Shown here: piece after piece, positions 12,150-24,936 of the stretch
How the letters are laid out: the number at the start of each line of letters is the position of its first letter
Position numbering within the stretch: position 1 is the stretch's first letter
Assembly: GCF_963921235.1 (NCBI RefSeq)
Contig: NC_086108.1
Span: forward strand, 89,158,001-89,222,000
Direction: 5' to 3'
Origin: Mobula hypostoma
Taxonomy: Eukaryota
DNA length: 64,000 nucleotides
Program-made: the position numbers and the translations under genes
Notes under the pieces: generated by a model
Seen by the model: only the letters and a program-made list of their open reading frames with translations
Told to the model about the DNA's origin: nothing
Database searches by the model: none

Positions 12150-12770
12150 ACCATAAGACATAGGAGCAGAATTAGCCCATTGAGTCTGCTCCGCCATTCC
12201 ATCATGGCTGATACTGGATACGACTTAACCCCATATCTCCATATCCTTTGATATCCTGACCGATCAGGCCTTAAATATACCCATGGACTTAGCCTCCATA
12301 GCAGTCTGTGACATAACATTCCACAGATTCACCAATTTCTGACTAAAAAAAAAATTCTTACCTCTGACCTAAAAGGTTGCCCCTCAATTTGGAGGCTGTG
12401 CCCTCTAGTTCTGGATGCACCCACCACAGGAAACATCCTCTCCTCATCATCCACCCTATCTAGTCCTTTCAACATTCGGTAGGTTTCAATAAGAATCCCC
12501 CCCCCCCCCCAACACCGCATTCTTCTAAATTCCAGTGAGCCAGTGAGTACAGGCCTAAAGTTGTCAAATGTTCATCATGCATTAACCCCTTCGTTCCCGG
12601 AATCAACCTCTTGAACCTCATCTGGGCTCTCTCCAACAACAGCAGATCCTTTCCTACAGAAGTGGGAAAGTGCAGCCTGAGTAGTATCTTATAAAGGCAC
12701 AGCATTATCTCTCTGCTTTTATATTCTATTCCTCTTGAAATACCAACATTGCATTTGCCTTCTTTCCCAC
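12150..12770 (-). mobile_element. CR1 3' fragment
   Basis: Minus-strand LIETYRMLKGLDRV...SRTRGHSL; tail accataagacatagg. Confidence 0.85.
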
Positions 12771-13779
12771 AGAATGACCGTTCAGTGGTTCTATTTGTGC
12801 CATTTGCTTGATTGAAACCATCAGCACATTAAAAAAAATGCTGCTTAACTTAAATAGATCTAATTAGTTCACAATCCCAATGTGAATAAAACATCTCAGC
12901 TTCTGCGCACAATGACCAGATATGTAGCATCCAGCAGTCAATGGCTGAAATAGGAGCATATTAGTGCCCTGCATTGACGCACACTGCTATTTTAGTTACT
13001 TAAACTCAGGCACCACACTCTTGGGCTCTTCATGATATTGGCTGGGCTTGTGTCATTGTGGTTTGTGAGATTCAAAAGCACTGTTTGCGTTAGTTTTCCT
13101 GAGATCACATTTCCCAAATCCTTTATTGGTGATGGAGAACTTTGTGAAATAAATAAGGACAAGAAGAAAGTGTAATACTTTTAATTCAGGTGAGTGAGGG
13201 ATGTCCAGAGGTGTGAAAGAGAGGGGCCAAATGGATTCTATTTCAGACAAATAGTGCAGTATTTGCTCACATATCCAAGTGACTTGGTTTCCTAATGGAT
13301 AATAATATAAAACAACAAAAGTTTAAAATAACTGCACGATTTAATTTTTTTTTATCACGTGCAATCATGAACAATAGCCAGATCAGAAATGCTGATCAAG
13401 TCAACTAGTTCCAAAGAGAACTCTGATAGGCAATCAGATGGTTCACTGCTGCTCAGCGATAGAACACAAAAAAATCATATGTACAATTAAGAAACATTAA
13501 AGAATAGTAGAAATACTGGAGTCATGATGATCATGATGAAGTCTGCCGGAGAGAGACATTTATACACATACTGTCCTCCGTAATGCAAAAAGATTGAAGG
13601 ATAAGGTTGCAGGGTGACAAAACGTGGCAGGAGCACTTGGAACTAAAAACTAATCCCTACCGGGAGAAAACAATACCTATTCTTACTGCACTGTTCTCCA
13701 GCAGTTTAAGTCCAGCTGGAACATAACTCACAAGTGCTCTTGAAAGTCAGGTATTAACCCTACCTACCAACAACCAAGC

Positions 13780-14588
13780 ATTGCCATCCTGGTCCCCTTC
13801 ATGATAGCATATGAAGAAGCATGTGACTTCCCTCCCAGAGATGATAGATATTTGTGCACTGGACTCTTGAAGGCTTGGACCCCCATCGTCGCAGATGTTT
13901 CCAACCACAGCATCTGGAAGGCTGCTCCAAATTCTGATAGCACAGTGAAGGAAGCTTCTATCCAGTGAGTAGGTTCTCGCATCAGGCATAGAAACAGCAT
14001 GAGCAGGCATAGATAAACTTGATCGTGTGGTACGCCATCTCTCATAAGATGAAGGCAGCATGGCGCGAAGGTCTACAGGGCTGTGGCTGGAGTGCATTTT
14101 GTATAGCACAGTAGCTGCAGCAACCTGTCGTCTGTGGTGTAAGCTACTGATGTCTTGCTTCTCATGAGCTGCAGCTTCATCTACACCTATAATCCTGAGA
14201 GCCTTACTTTGAATGGAATCAAGCTGGCTGAGAACACACTGTGAGGCATTCATCCATGATAAGCAGGCATACTCCATTATACTTCATACCTGGGCTTTGT
14301 AAACAGTGGCCCTGCCCTCTTTGTCTAGTTTGGATGCTATTTTCCGCAGAGCTCCAAGCCTTTGTCCAGCCTTGTTTGAAATAGTGGAAAGGTATTTATC
14401 CCACGCCAACTTGCTGTCAATATTAACACCAAGGATTACTACCTCCTTCTTTAAATCCAGCTTGAAGTTCCCAAAATACAAGTCGGGGTTAGATGGATTC
14501 CTCTTCCTAGACATCACCGTCGCCTTGCACTTAGTAGGCTCAAAGGTGACATCCCAGTCATCTGCCCAGGCTTTCATCCTTTGCAACA
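13780..14588 (-). mobile_element. CR1/L2-group (Crack/Daphne-like) LINE ORF2 C-terminal fragment
   Basis: WADDWDVTFEPTKCK...LGVNIDSKLAW...YKAQV*SIMEYACLSW...SLHHRRQVAA...RSFLHCAIRIWSSLP. This RT-thumb/C-terminal pattern differs from the abundant CR1 here; the clade call is tentative. Confidence 0.75.
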
Positions 14589-14589
14589 G

Positions 14590-15180
14590 AATACACACGA
14601 AATACTGCAGGAACTCATCAGGTCCCAAGCATCCATGGAAATGAACAAACAGTTGAGCTTTTGGGCCGAGACCTTTCATCAGGACTGGAACAGTAGAGGG
14701 AAGATGCCAGAAGAAGTAGGTGAGGGGAAGGGAAGGAAGAGAAGCTAGAAAGTGATAGGTGAAGCCATATGGGTGGGGAAAGGGCATGAAGTATCAAGCT
14801 GGGAGGTGATAGGTGGAGAAAGTAAAGGAAGTAAAGGGGTGGAGAAATTAGGAGAGGAGAATGGACAATGGGAGATAGAAAAGCAGAAGGGGAACCAGAG
14901 AGGTGATGGGCAGGTGAGGAGAAGAGGCCAGAGTAGAGAATAGACAAAGCGGGAGGGGGGAGGAAAAATAATTATGTAGAGATAGCTGCATCAAGAGCAC
15001 CAGATACAGCAGATGATTTCGACAAATTGGACAGTGATGTGTTGCTTCACCTGGAAGCTCTGTTTGGGGCTCTGAATGGAGATGAGGGAGGAGGTGAATA
15101 AGCAGTTGTAGCACTTTGGCCACTTGTAGGGATAAGTGCCAGAAGGGAGTTTAGTGAGGAGGGAATCAAGGAGGGAGCAA
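14590..15180 (-). mobile_element. PLE 3' fragment with internal deletion
   Basis: Pseudo-LTR with hammerhead remnant CTGATGA...(14650-14687), followed by EN-region pieces. Confidence 0.8.
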
Positions 15181-15281
15181 TTCTCCCTCCATGCATGATT
15201 ATTTGCATTTATAGTGCAATGTATTTGACAACACTATGAATTATATATTCACAAACCAAAAATCAGATGCCCTGAAAGATA

Positions 15282-16220
15282 CGGTGTCTATAAAAAGTAT
15301 TCACCAACTCCTCCTCTTGAAAGTTCTTATGTTTTGTTGTTTTACAACTATGAATCACAGTGGATTTAATTTGGCTTTTTTGACACTGATCAACAGAAAA
15401 AGATTCAGATGTCAAAGTGAAAACAGATCTCCACAAAATGATCTAAATTAATTACAAATATAAAACAGAAAATAATTGACTTCATAGGTGTTCACCCCTT
15501 TCAAGTCAATATTTAGTAAATACAACTTTGGCAGAAATTACAGATTTGAGTCTGTGTGGATAGATCTCTATAAGATTTTCACATTTGGACACTGTAATTT
15601 TCCCCATTCTTCTTTACAGATCTGCTCAAACTCTATCAGATTGCATAGGGATTGTGAGTGAACAGCCCTTTTCAAGTCCAGCCACAAATTCTCAGTTAGA
15701 TTGAGGTCTGGACTCTGACTTGGCCACTCCAGGACATTAACTTCATTGTTTTTAAGCCATTTCTGTGCAGTTTTGGCCTTATGCTTGGGGTCATTGTCTT
15801 GCTCGAAAACAAATCTCCTCCCAAGTCGCAGTTCTCTTGCAGACTGCATCAGGTTTTCCTCCAGGATTTCCCTGTATTTTGCTGCATTCATTTTACCCTC
15901 TACCTTCACAAACCCTCCAGAGCCTACTGCAGTGAAGCATCCCCACAGCATGGTGCACACCATGCTTCACGGTAGGGATGGTATATTTTTGATGATGTGC
16001 AGTGTTTGGTTAATGGCAAACATAGTGTTTAGTCTGATAGCTAAAACACTCAATTTTGGTTTTGTCAGACCATAGAACCTTCTCCCTGCTGACTTCAGAG
16101 TCTCCCACTTGCCTTCTGGCAAACTCTAGCCAAGATTTCATGTGAGTTTTTTCAACAGTGGCTTTCCCTTTGCCACTCTCCCATAAAGCTGTGACTGGTG
16201 AAGCACAAGATCAACAGATT
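15282..16220 (-). mobile_element. Tc1-family DNA transposon (DD34E), 3' half with one TIR
   Basis: TA then cggtgtctataaaaagtattcacc TIR, with an inner direct repeat near 15485. ORF 15568-15963 has MLWGCF, VFEQDNDPKH and WPSQSPDLNLTENLW, with 34 residues between D and E. Confidence 0.92.
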
Positions 16221-16277
16221 GACAGCTGGATGCTTTGACCACTATGATCAAAAAAGAAGCTAGCATTTCATCTGGAC

Positions 16278-16356
16278 CAGGATTCCCAACCTTGTTTATG
16301 CCATGGATCCTTACTATTAATTGAAGAGTCTGTGGACCCCAGGTTGGAAACCACTC
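16278..16356. mobile_element. Tiny hAT (Charlie-like) MITE
   Basis: CAGGATTCCCAACC...GGTTGGAAACCACT inverted ends resemble the TIRs at 44438/45059. No clear TSD. Confidence 0.55.
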
Positions 16357-16371
16357 CTTCAAACCTCATAC

Positions 16372-18812
16372 AATACTGTTAGGGGTCTAGATGGTTTAGA
16401 GTTTGTAAAATGTGTTCAGGAAAGTTTTCTAAATCAATATATAGAGGTACCAACTAGAGGGGATGCAATATTGGATCTCCTGTTAGAAAACGAGTTAGGA
16501 CAAGTGACGGAAGTGTGTGTAGGGGAGCACTTTGGTTCCAGTGATCATAACACCATTAGTTTCAACTTGATCATGGACAAGGATAGATCTGGTCCTAGGG
16601 TTGAGGTTCTGAACTGGAAGAAGGCCAAATTTGAAGAAATGAGAAAGGGTCTAAAAAGCATGGATTGGGACAGGTTGTTCTCTGGCAAGGATGTGATCGG
16701 TAAGTGGGAAGCCTTCAAAGGAGAAATTCTGAGAGTGCAGAGCTTGTATGTTCCTGTCAGGATTAAGGCAAAGTGAATAGGAATAAGGAACCTTGGTTCT
16801 CAAGGGATATTGCAACTCTGATAAAGAAGAAGAGAGAGTTGTATGACACGTATAGGAAACAGGGAGTAAATAAGGTGCTTGAGGAATATAAAAAGTGCAA
16901 GAAAATACTTAAGAAGGAAATCAGGAGGGCTAAAAGAAGACATGAGGTTGCCTTGGCAGTCAAAGTGAAGGATAATCCAAAGAGCTTTTACAGGTATATT
17001 GAGAGTAAAAGGATTATAAGGGATAAAATTGGTCCTCTTGAAGATCACAGTGGTCGGCTATGTGCAGAACCAAAAGAAATGGGGGGGATCTTAAATGGGT
17101 TTTTTGCATCTGTATTTACTAAGGAAACTGGCATGAAGTCTATGGAATTAGGGGAAACAAGTAGTGAGATCATGGAAACTGCACAGATTGAAAAGGAGGA
17201 GGTGCTTGCTATCTTGAGGCAAATTAAAGTGGATAAACCCCCAGGACCTGACAGGGTATTCCCTCGGACCTTGAAGGAGACTAGTGTTGAAATTGCAGGG
17301 GCCCTGGCAGATATATTTAAAATGTCGGTGTCTACGGGTGAGGTGCCGGATGATTCGAGAATGGTTCAAGTTGTTCCGTTTTTTGAAAAAGGATCGAACA
17401 GAAATCTGGGAAATTATAGGCCGGTAAGTTTGACGTCGCTAGTGGGTAAGTTATTGGAGGGATTTCTAAGAGACAGAATCTACAAGCATTTGGATATACA
17501 GGGACTTATTAGGGAGAGTCAACATGGCTTTGTGCGTGGTAGGTCATGTTTGACCAATCTATTGGAGTTTTTTGAGGAGGTTACCAGGAAAGTAGATGAA
17601 GGGAAGTCAGTGGATGTTGTCTACATGGACTTCAGTAAGGTCTTTGACAAGGTCCCACATGGGAGGTTAGTTAGGAAAATTCAGTTGCTAGGTGTACATG
17701 GAGAGGTGGTAAATTGGATTAGACATTGGCTCAATGGAAGAAGCCAAAGAGTGGTAGTAGAGAATTGCTTCTCCGAGTGGAGGCCTGTAACTAGTGGTGT
17801 GCCACAGGGATCATTGCTGGGTCCATTGTTATTTGTCATCTATATCAATGATCTGGATGATAATATGGTAAATTGGATCAGCAAATTTGCTGATGATACA
17901 AAAATTGGAGGTGTAGTGGACAGTGAAGAAGGTTTTCAAAGCCTGCAGAGGGACTTGGACCAGCTGGAAAAATGGGCTAAAAAATGGCAGATGGAGTTTA
18001 ATACAGACAAGTGTGAGGTATTGCACTTTGGAAGGACAAACCAAGGTAGAACATACAGAGTAAATGGTAAGGCACTGAAGAGTGCAGTAGAACAGAGGGA
18101 TCTGGGAATACAGATATAAAATTCCGTAAAAGTGGCGTCACAGGTAGATAGGGTTGTAAAGAGAGCTTTTGGTACATTGGCCTTTATTAATCAAAGTATT
18201 GAGTATAAGAGCTGGAATGTTATGATGAGGTTGTATAAAGCATTGGTGAGGCCGAATCTGGAGTATTGTGTTCAGTTTTGGTCACCAAATTACAGGAAGG
18301 ATATAAATAAGGTTGAAAGAGTGCAGAGAAGGTTTACAAGGATGTTGCCGGGACTTGAGAAACTCAGTTACAGAGAAAGGTTGAATAGGTTAGGACTTTA
18401 TTCCCTGGAGCGTAGAAGAACGAGGGGAGATTTGATAGAGGTATATAAAATTATGATGGGTATAGATAGAGTAAATACAAGCAGGCTTTTTCCACTGAGG
18501 CAAGGGGAGAAAAAAACCAGAGGACATGGGTTAAGGGTGAGGGGGGAAAAGTTTAAAGGGAACATTAGAGGGGACTTCTTCACACAGAGAGTGGTGGGAG
18601 TATGGAATGAGCTGCCAGACTAGGTAGTAAATGCGGGTTCTTTTTTAACATTTAAGATTAAATTGGACAGATACATGGATGGGCGGTGTATGGAAGGATA
18701 TGGTCCATGTGCAGGTCAGTGGGACTAGGCATAAAATGGTTCTGCACAGCCAAGAAGGGCCAAAGGGCCTGTTTCTGTGCTGTAGTTTTCCTATGGTTTC
18801 GATGGTTTTCTA
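16372..18812 (+). mobile_element. Young 5'-truncated CR1 LINE with near-continuous ORF2
   Basis: ORFs 16321-16776, 16773-18119 (NYRPVSLTS, QHGFVRGRSCLTNL, YMDFSKVFDKVPH, SGVPQGSLLGPLLF, KFADDTK) and 18132-18623; one frameshift and two stops; (ttctatgg)n-like tail. Confidence 0.95.
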
Positions 18813-19319
18813 ATCTCATTCAGCAACCACCCATGGAGAGAGGAATTTCAAGTGTTGTGATAACTCCATTTCAAAAGATGAAATCAGGGCCCAAATATTA
18901 TTATTTTGTTTCACTTTTATTTTGAACATAGTAGATTCTGATTATCTGTCATAGAAGTGTTGTGGTGAGATATTTTATAGAGAACATAAAATATTCAACT
19001 AGATAGTGTTAGTGAGAATTCTCATTACAGGTGAATGATAGAATATTGCATTACTTGACTGATGTGCCATTTTATAAGGTAGTAGATATAATAAATGAGT
19101 GAATAATAATGAATGCTTTAAGACAGCCACCTCTTTATAACTTATGTGATGTGACTAACAGTTCATAGATCTGCAGCAATATTTATTGAAAGTTCCATAG
19201 GCTGTGAAGGACCATTGAATAATTTTGAACCGCATTGCTTGAGCTCCTTAGGCCTCATCTGTACCAGTGTATGCATCCTGCAACAGACTTAGCTCGAAGC
19301 TGAGAACTCAGAGTGCACA

Positions 19320-19980
19320 ACCCTTGCACTGTTGACAATGGCAATATGAAGTACAGAGGTCGCAGGAAGCCATTTGTCTGCTTGTTCCTGCTCCACCACA
19401 AGTAAGGTAATACTGATTTTTATCTCAGGGATCACTTCCATTGATTTCTTTAATATCTGAAAACGTATCAGTAACTGTCTTGAACATACTCAGCAAATAG
19501 TCTCCATCGTACTCTGGGTGAATAAATTTCTTCTCACCTCTTTATTGAATGGCCTACCTCCTTGGAGCTAGATTTTGCTGCCAGTTAAACATTGTTTCTA
19601 TATTTACCCTATCAAGCGCTGGAGGGATATGACGTATTTCAGTGAGACCACATCACTTTCTTCTAACATCATGAGAGGGTGCCCCAGTTTGGACAACACA
19701 GCAAACTGGACAGTCCAGGAATCAACCCAGAGAATCTTCGTGCATTCACTCTATCCCTTCATTAAGTGGAAAGTTTAAACCTGTATACAGTATTCCAGAT
19801 AGTCTCATCAGGGCCTAATATAAGTGGAGCATAATGTCTCTAATGTATATTGAAAACCTCGCACATACCACTTACTTTCTTAATTGCTTGAAATAACTGT
19901 ATTTAACTCACAGGGAGTCTTGTATAAGGACACCCAGGGTGCTACTTAACACCAACACCTTTCAGTTTCTAACTGCTTAA
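19320..19980 (-). mobile_element. Ancient CR1 3' fragment
   Basis: Weak similarity to the reverse complement of CR1 C-terminal regions (aaatttcttctcacctc; acagtattccagat...tctcatcagggcc). Confidence 0.5.
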
Positions 19981-20424
19981 AAATCAGAGCTGTAAAAAGT
20001 AGTAAAGTTGTTGAAAATACTGAGTGAGTCTGAGAAGCTGCTGGTGTGGACTTCAGCACAAAGTGGCAAGTCCAGTGTACCTGTCAGAATAGAAGTTAGT
20101 GCAAAGTAACTGCAGTACCCAGACTGGTTACATTGGATACACGGGTAGTTACAACAAAGCACAGAAATCCTTTAATCCATACATTAACTGGATAAAATAT
20201 TTAAGCATTAATAGCATAATTAAAGTAGAGGATGAGGCCAAAACTATTCAAATACAGATATCTCACTGAGGTAGGCTAAATGAATTAAAGTGGCAAGAAG
20301 GTATCAGAGTGACTGGGTGACACTGGCTCTGCAGAGATTGTAAAGTTGAATGGTGGATGGGAAACAGTTCCTTCTGTTTATTACAAGCTTTGAATGCTAA
20401 ATTGACAACTCTTCAATATTCATT

Positions 20425-20690
20425 TATTAAGATACCGTATGGAATAGGTTCTTCTGCCTTTCAAGCCACGTTGCCCAGCAACCCCCGATTTAATCCAAGC
20501 CTAATCATTGGATAATTTACAATGACCAATTAACCTACCAATGGATATACAGTATCTTTGGAATGTGGGAGTAAACTGGAGCACCCAGAGGAAACCCACA
20601 TGGTCAGGAGAAGAATATACTCTGGCGGGAATTGAACCCAGGTTGCCTGTACTGTAAGGCATTGTGCTAGCCACTACACTACCGTGGCAC
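20425..20690 (-). mobile_element. tRNA-derived V-SINE/HE1-like SINE, near full length
   Basis: Minus strand: A box TAGTGTAGTGG, B box GGTTCAATTCC, core gtgggtttcctctgggtgctccagtttactcccacattccaaaga, LINE-like tail ending aataaatgaat. Confidence 0.8.
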
Positions 20691-20936
20691 TATAGATCTC
20701 TCCTATGTACAATTTCAGCCTAATGTTGAGGAAGAAAACAAACATTATTTGATAATTAATTCCCACAAGAAGTTACATTTATAGTCAAGCTCTTTATGCG
20801 TTAGGGTTAGAAATAGTTAAAATCATCACAGAAGACATTCTGGATGACCATTAATAGCTTGCTGTAGGTGGTCAAGTGTTGTTTGTGCAATTAGAATGAC
20901 AGTCTAATTGCAACAACCACAGAGGAGGAAACAATT

Positions 20937-21560
20937 AGGTTGTTGAAGATGCTTTGGAAGTCCTCTCCAAGGCCCTCCATTGCTCAGAGTCAACAATGGA
21001 TGTTGCTTTCTAGTTCTCTACGTTATATGCAAGCCTGGGCATATGATATGGAGAGCAAGCTATTGGCCATGCCATAGACTCTCACTCTCCAAGCAGCTCA
21101 TGAATCCAAAGAACAGCTGAGACTGATACAATTCGGCACCGGCAGCATCACAGTAGTTTAAAGTCAGCATTGAACACAACATAGGACTGCCTTAGGGACT
21201 CCAGCTCCAAATTTTTCCTTGGATTTCACTTCCAAAGCCTTCCTCATGAGTGGGTATAGCCACAAGGTAGCAGAGGTTTGAGATCAGAGTTTTCCTTCTC
21301 CAAGGTGAACTGCCAACCATAGCTGATGAACCACATCTGCATGAAGCAACTGGTTTTCAGCTGCTAGTAACCCATCCTAGCCCTTTTCTCCTGTCTGTAG
21401 AAATTTTTCCACTGTACTTAGTAGATAAGTCATACATGAAGTCCAGGAGTTGGATTTGGTTGTCAGAGTATGCTTGGGACGCATGCCATTAGGAGCATTT
21501 AATAGGTAGTGGGAGCTTATCCCCGCTACCTCCCATAGCCATAACAACCTTAAGGAACCA
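20937..21560 (-). mobile_element. Non-coding RTE/Vingi-like retroposon (5'UTR-type sequence with short tail)
   Basis: Minus strand contains ggcagttcaccttggagaaggaaaactctgatctcaaacc, which I recognise as an RTE-group 5'UTR-like motif; 5' hairpin GGTAGCGGGGA-TAAG-CTCCCACTACC; no RT coding sequence. Confidence 0.55.
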
Positions 21561-21654
21561 GAAGGTTGATGTCTCATCGACATAATATCAAGCTTTAAAA
21601 TGGAAGTTGACCAATTTAAGGGTTTTGTCATATGGCCAGCAGTGTGTAAGAAAC

Positions 21655-21884
21655 AATAATAAACCATTGGAAGAATTCAATGTGTCAAGCAGCATTTGTA
21701 GATGTAAAGGGTATGTTTCAGGTCTCCACCTGAAACATTGACCATTGCTTTGTGAATACGGATACTGGGTCTCAACCTGAAATGTCAACCATCCCTTTGT
21801 TTCCACAATTTGAATCACTAAGTCTTTCAACAGTTTACTCTTTGTTCCAGATTCCAGTCGCTGCAGTTTCCTGTGTCTCTAGTT
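21655..21884. mobile_element. Fold-back PLE pseudo-LTR mini-element (divergent family)
   Basis: Inverted pseudo-LTR pieces; stem ATGTTTCAGGT/ACCTGAAACAT; TSD TGTAAGAAAC at 21645-21654 and 21885-21894. Confidence 0.7.
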
Positions 21885-22544
21885 TGTAAGAAACCCCTGA
21901 ATTAAGTAAACCCAGTCTGAGACAAGCCAGATTGATTTCATCTGTGGCTGAACTAGCACAAGGTAAGGAACTACTGCATACTTGTTCTTGCAGAAACATG
22001 GCTCCAGCACAACATCCCATGCAACATCAATCTTCAGGCTATGTCACTCAGGGGCATGTGCTAATATTATTTTTAGTTGACTATGTGCTATCATAACTAC
22101 ATGTGCTATGTACTGTGTGCTGAGTGTGACTGTATGTACAATCTTTTATACTTTGACCCTGGAGGAATGATGTTCTGCTTAGCTGTATACATGTGTATGG
22201 ATGAATGACAATGAAACTTGAACTTGAACTCCTCATGTCTCTTGTATGACAACAGTCTGTATGCTCAGCAATAGACTTTACTCGAAATTAAGGGCTGGCT
22301 GAATGAATACATACCTTTTACATTAGGACGCAACTTTTCCTATATGTATTCCATGTGGAGGGCTTTCAAATATACTAAGGATGTCTGCACCAATTGAAGA
22401 GGGTGAATAGTGTTAATGAGGAAAGTTGAATTCAAATAAGCTGAGACATCCAAATAGGACAAGCGCTGAGTAGATGGAGAAGCCCGATGCATAGTCTGAA
22501 AGTAGGCACAGACAGGACCATTCACCAGATAATATTGTTCACAG

Positions 22545-22765
22545 TTTATTCCCATGGTCTTTGCAGTTTTACCCTATCAGAAATATCCAATCTCACTTCC
22601 TCTCCCTCCAGTTTAACAAGCTACTTCTGTCTCCTTCCCAGCTCTGAGCAAACTTATTTATCCCGAACATTAGCCATGTTTCCCTTACCAGTGATATGGC
22701 AGAGTAACTCCACATTTTTTGCTATTTTTATTTCAAAATTCCAACATCTGCAGCGATCTTTTTTT
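22545..22765 (+). mobile_element. Old PLE pseudo-LTR fragment
   Basis: Ends cacattttttgctatttttatttcaaaattccaacatctgcag, like the other PLE termini. Confidence 0.5.
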
Positions 22766-24936
22766 AACTTCACTGGCCTGAAGTAAGAATGTAGAGTTCA
22801 ACTGAGAAACCTAAAGAAGAAATATAATATTAAAATTATTAACTTAATTTATTTTTCATCTGAAAACTAATCCTTACTTATTGTTTGACCGTACAATGTC
22901 AGGGTCACCTTATATACAGACACTCCTGTGCCTAATGTCTCTTTATGGACATGCAGTCAATCTTTGTATATAAGCTATTTTATTTGTTTTTAGTGTGTTT
23001 TATTTTAAATTATCATTGTACTACTTATCTTATTTTTTGTGCTGCATCAGATCTGGAATAACAATTATTTTGTTCCCCTTTACATCTGTGCACTGAAAAT
23101 GACATTAAACAATCTTGAATCTCAGCATTTCCTTATCCTTACAATTTGCACTCAATACCCTAAACAGCTCATTACTGAAATGTCACTAACGAGCTAGCTT
23201 TAATAGATCCCAAGTGATTAAAGACTTCACTTTGCTGACACACTTTACTGTATCTGTGAAGATGCAGATTTTTAAAAATTTTCCCAAGTTCTGATTTTCT
23301 AATATAAGTACAACTTCTGCCAGCAAAATTATAATTTTTGCTAAACATCAAAAATCATGAGCAGCAGATACCAGCTGTCACCCTCCCAGCAAGTGCTCTA
23401 AAAGATATATAAACCTTAATTTTCAATATTATAAAAGCTATGTTTCAATCCAGTGTTCTTCTCCTCATAAGACCATAAGACCATAAGGAACTGAATTAGG
23501 TCATTTGGCCCACCGAGTCTGCCATTTCATCATGGCTGATCCATTTCCCTCTGAAACCCCATTCTCCTGCCTTTTTCCTGTAACCTTTCATACCTTCACT
23601 TAAACGAAAGCCTATCAAGCTCTGCCTTAAGTATACTTAATGAACTGGCCTCCACAGCCACCTTTGGCAATGAATTCCACTGATTCACCATCCCCTGGCA
23701 AAAGAAGTTCCTTCTCATCTCCATTCTAAATGAATGTCCCTCTATTCTGAGGCTGTGCTCTCTAGTGTAGACTCTCCCACTAAAGAAAACATCCTCATCT
23801 CATCCACTCTATGTAGGCCTTTCAACATTCGATAGTTTTCAAAGAGAGCATCCCCGTTCTTCTAAATTCCAGTGAGTACAAACCTAGAGCCATCAAATGC
23901 TACTCATATGATAACGCTTTCATTCCTGGAATCATTATTGCAAACCTCCTCTGAGCCCTCCTCAATTTCATCACATCCTTTCCTAGATAAAGGACCCAAA
24001 ACTCCTCACAATACTCCAAGTGAGACCTCACCAGTGCCTTATAAAGATTTAGCATTACATCCTTGCTTTTATGTTCTAGTCTTCTCCAAATTGATGCTAA
24101 CATTGCATTTACCTTCCTCACAACTGACTCAACCTGCAAGTTAACCTTTAGGGAAACTTGCATGGTGACTCACAAGTCCCTTCGAACCTCATATTTTAGA
24201 AAACAATTTAAGCTTTTTCTCCTTCTGCCAAAGTGTTTGACCATACACTTCCGAACACTGTATACCATCTGCCACATCTTTGCCTATCTGCCTAATCTGT
24301 CTAACTTCTGTAGCTTCTCTGCTTCCTCAAAACTACTTGCTTCTCTACCAGTCTTTGTATTGTCCACAAAATTGGCTACAAACCCTTCAAATTCCTCATC
24401 TAAGTCATTGGTATACAACATAAATAGCAGTCCCAACACTGACTCCTATGGAACATCACTAGCCACAAACAATCAGAGAAGACTCCTTTTAGTCCCTCTC
24501 TTTGCTTCCTGCCAATCAGACAATGCTCTATCCATGTCAGAATCTTTCCTGTAATACCACGGTCTCTTATCTTGCTAAGCAGTCTCATGTGCGGCAGCTT
24601 GTCAAAGGCCTTTTGAAATCCAAGTACACAATATCCACCAATTCTGCTTTGTCAACCCTGCTTGTCATTTCCTCAAAGAATTCCAACAGATCTCTCAGGT
24701 AAGATTTTCCATGAAGGAAATTCTGCTGACTTTGGTCTATTTTATCATGTGGCTCCAAATACCCTAAAATCTTATCCTTAGCAACACCTTCCCAACCACT
24801 GAGGTTATGCTAACAGGCTTGTAACTTCCTTTCTTCTGCTTCCTCTCTCTTCTTGAAGAATTGGGTGAGATTGGAATTTCCCCAGCCCTCCAGATCCATG
24901 GCAAAATCTACTGATTCTAGAAAGATCACTAATAAT

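Noticed and set aside
20620..20690. tRNA gene
   Set aside because: The A and B boxes belong to a SINE head that continues into core and tail; no complete cloverleaf is evident. The same applies to 61755-61830.
20801..20810. Telomeric repeat TTAGGGTTAG
   Set aside because: Fewer than two units, expected by chance.
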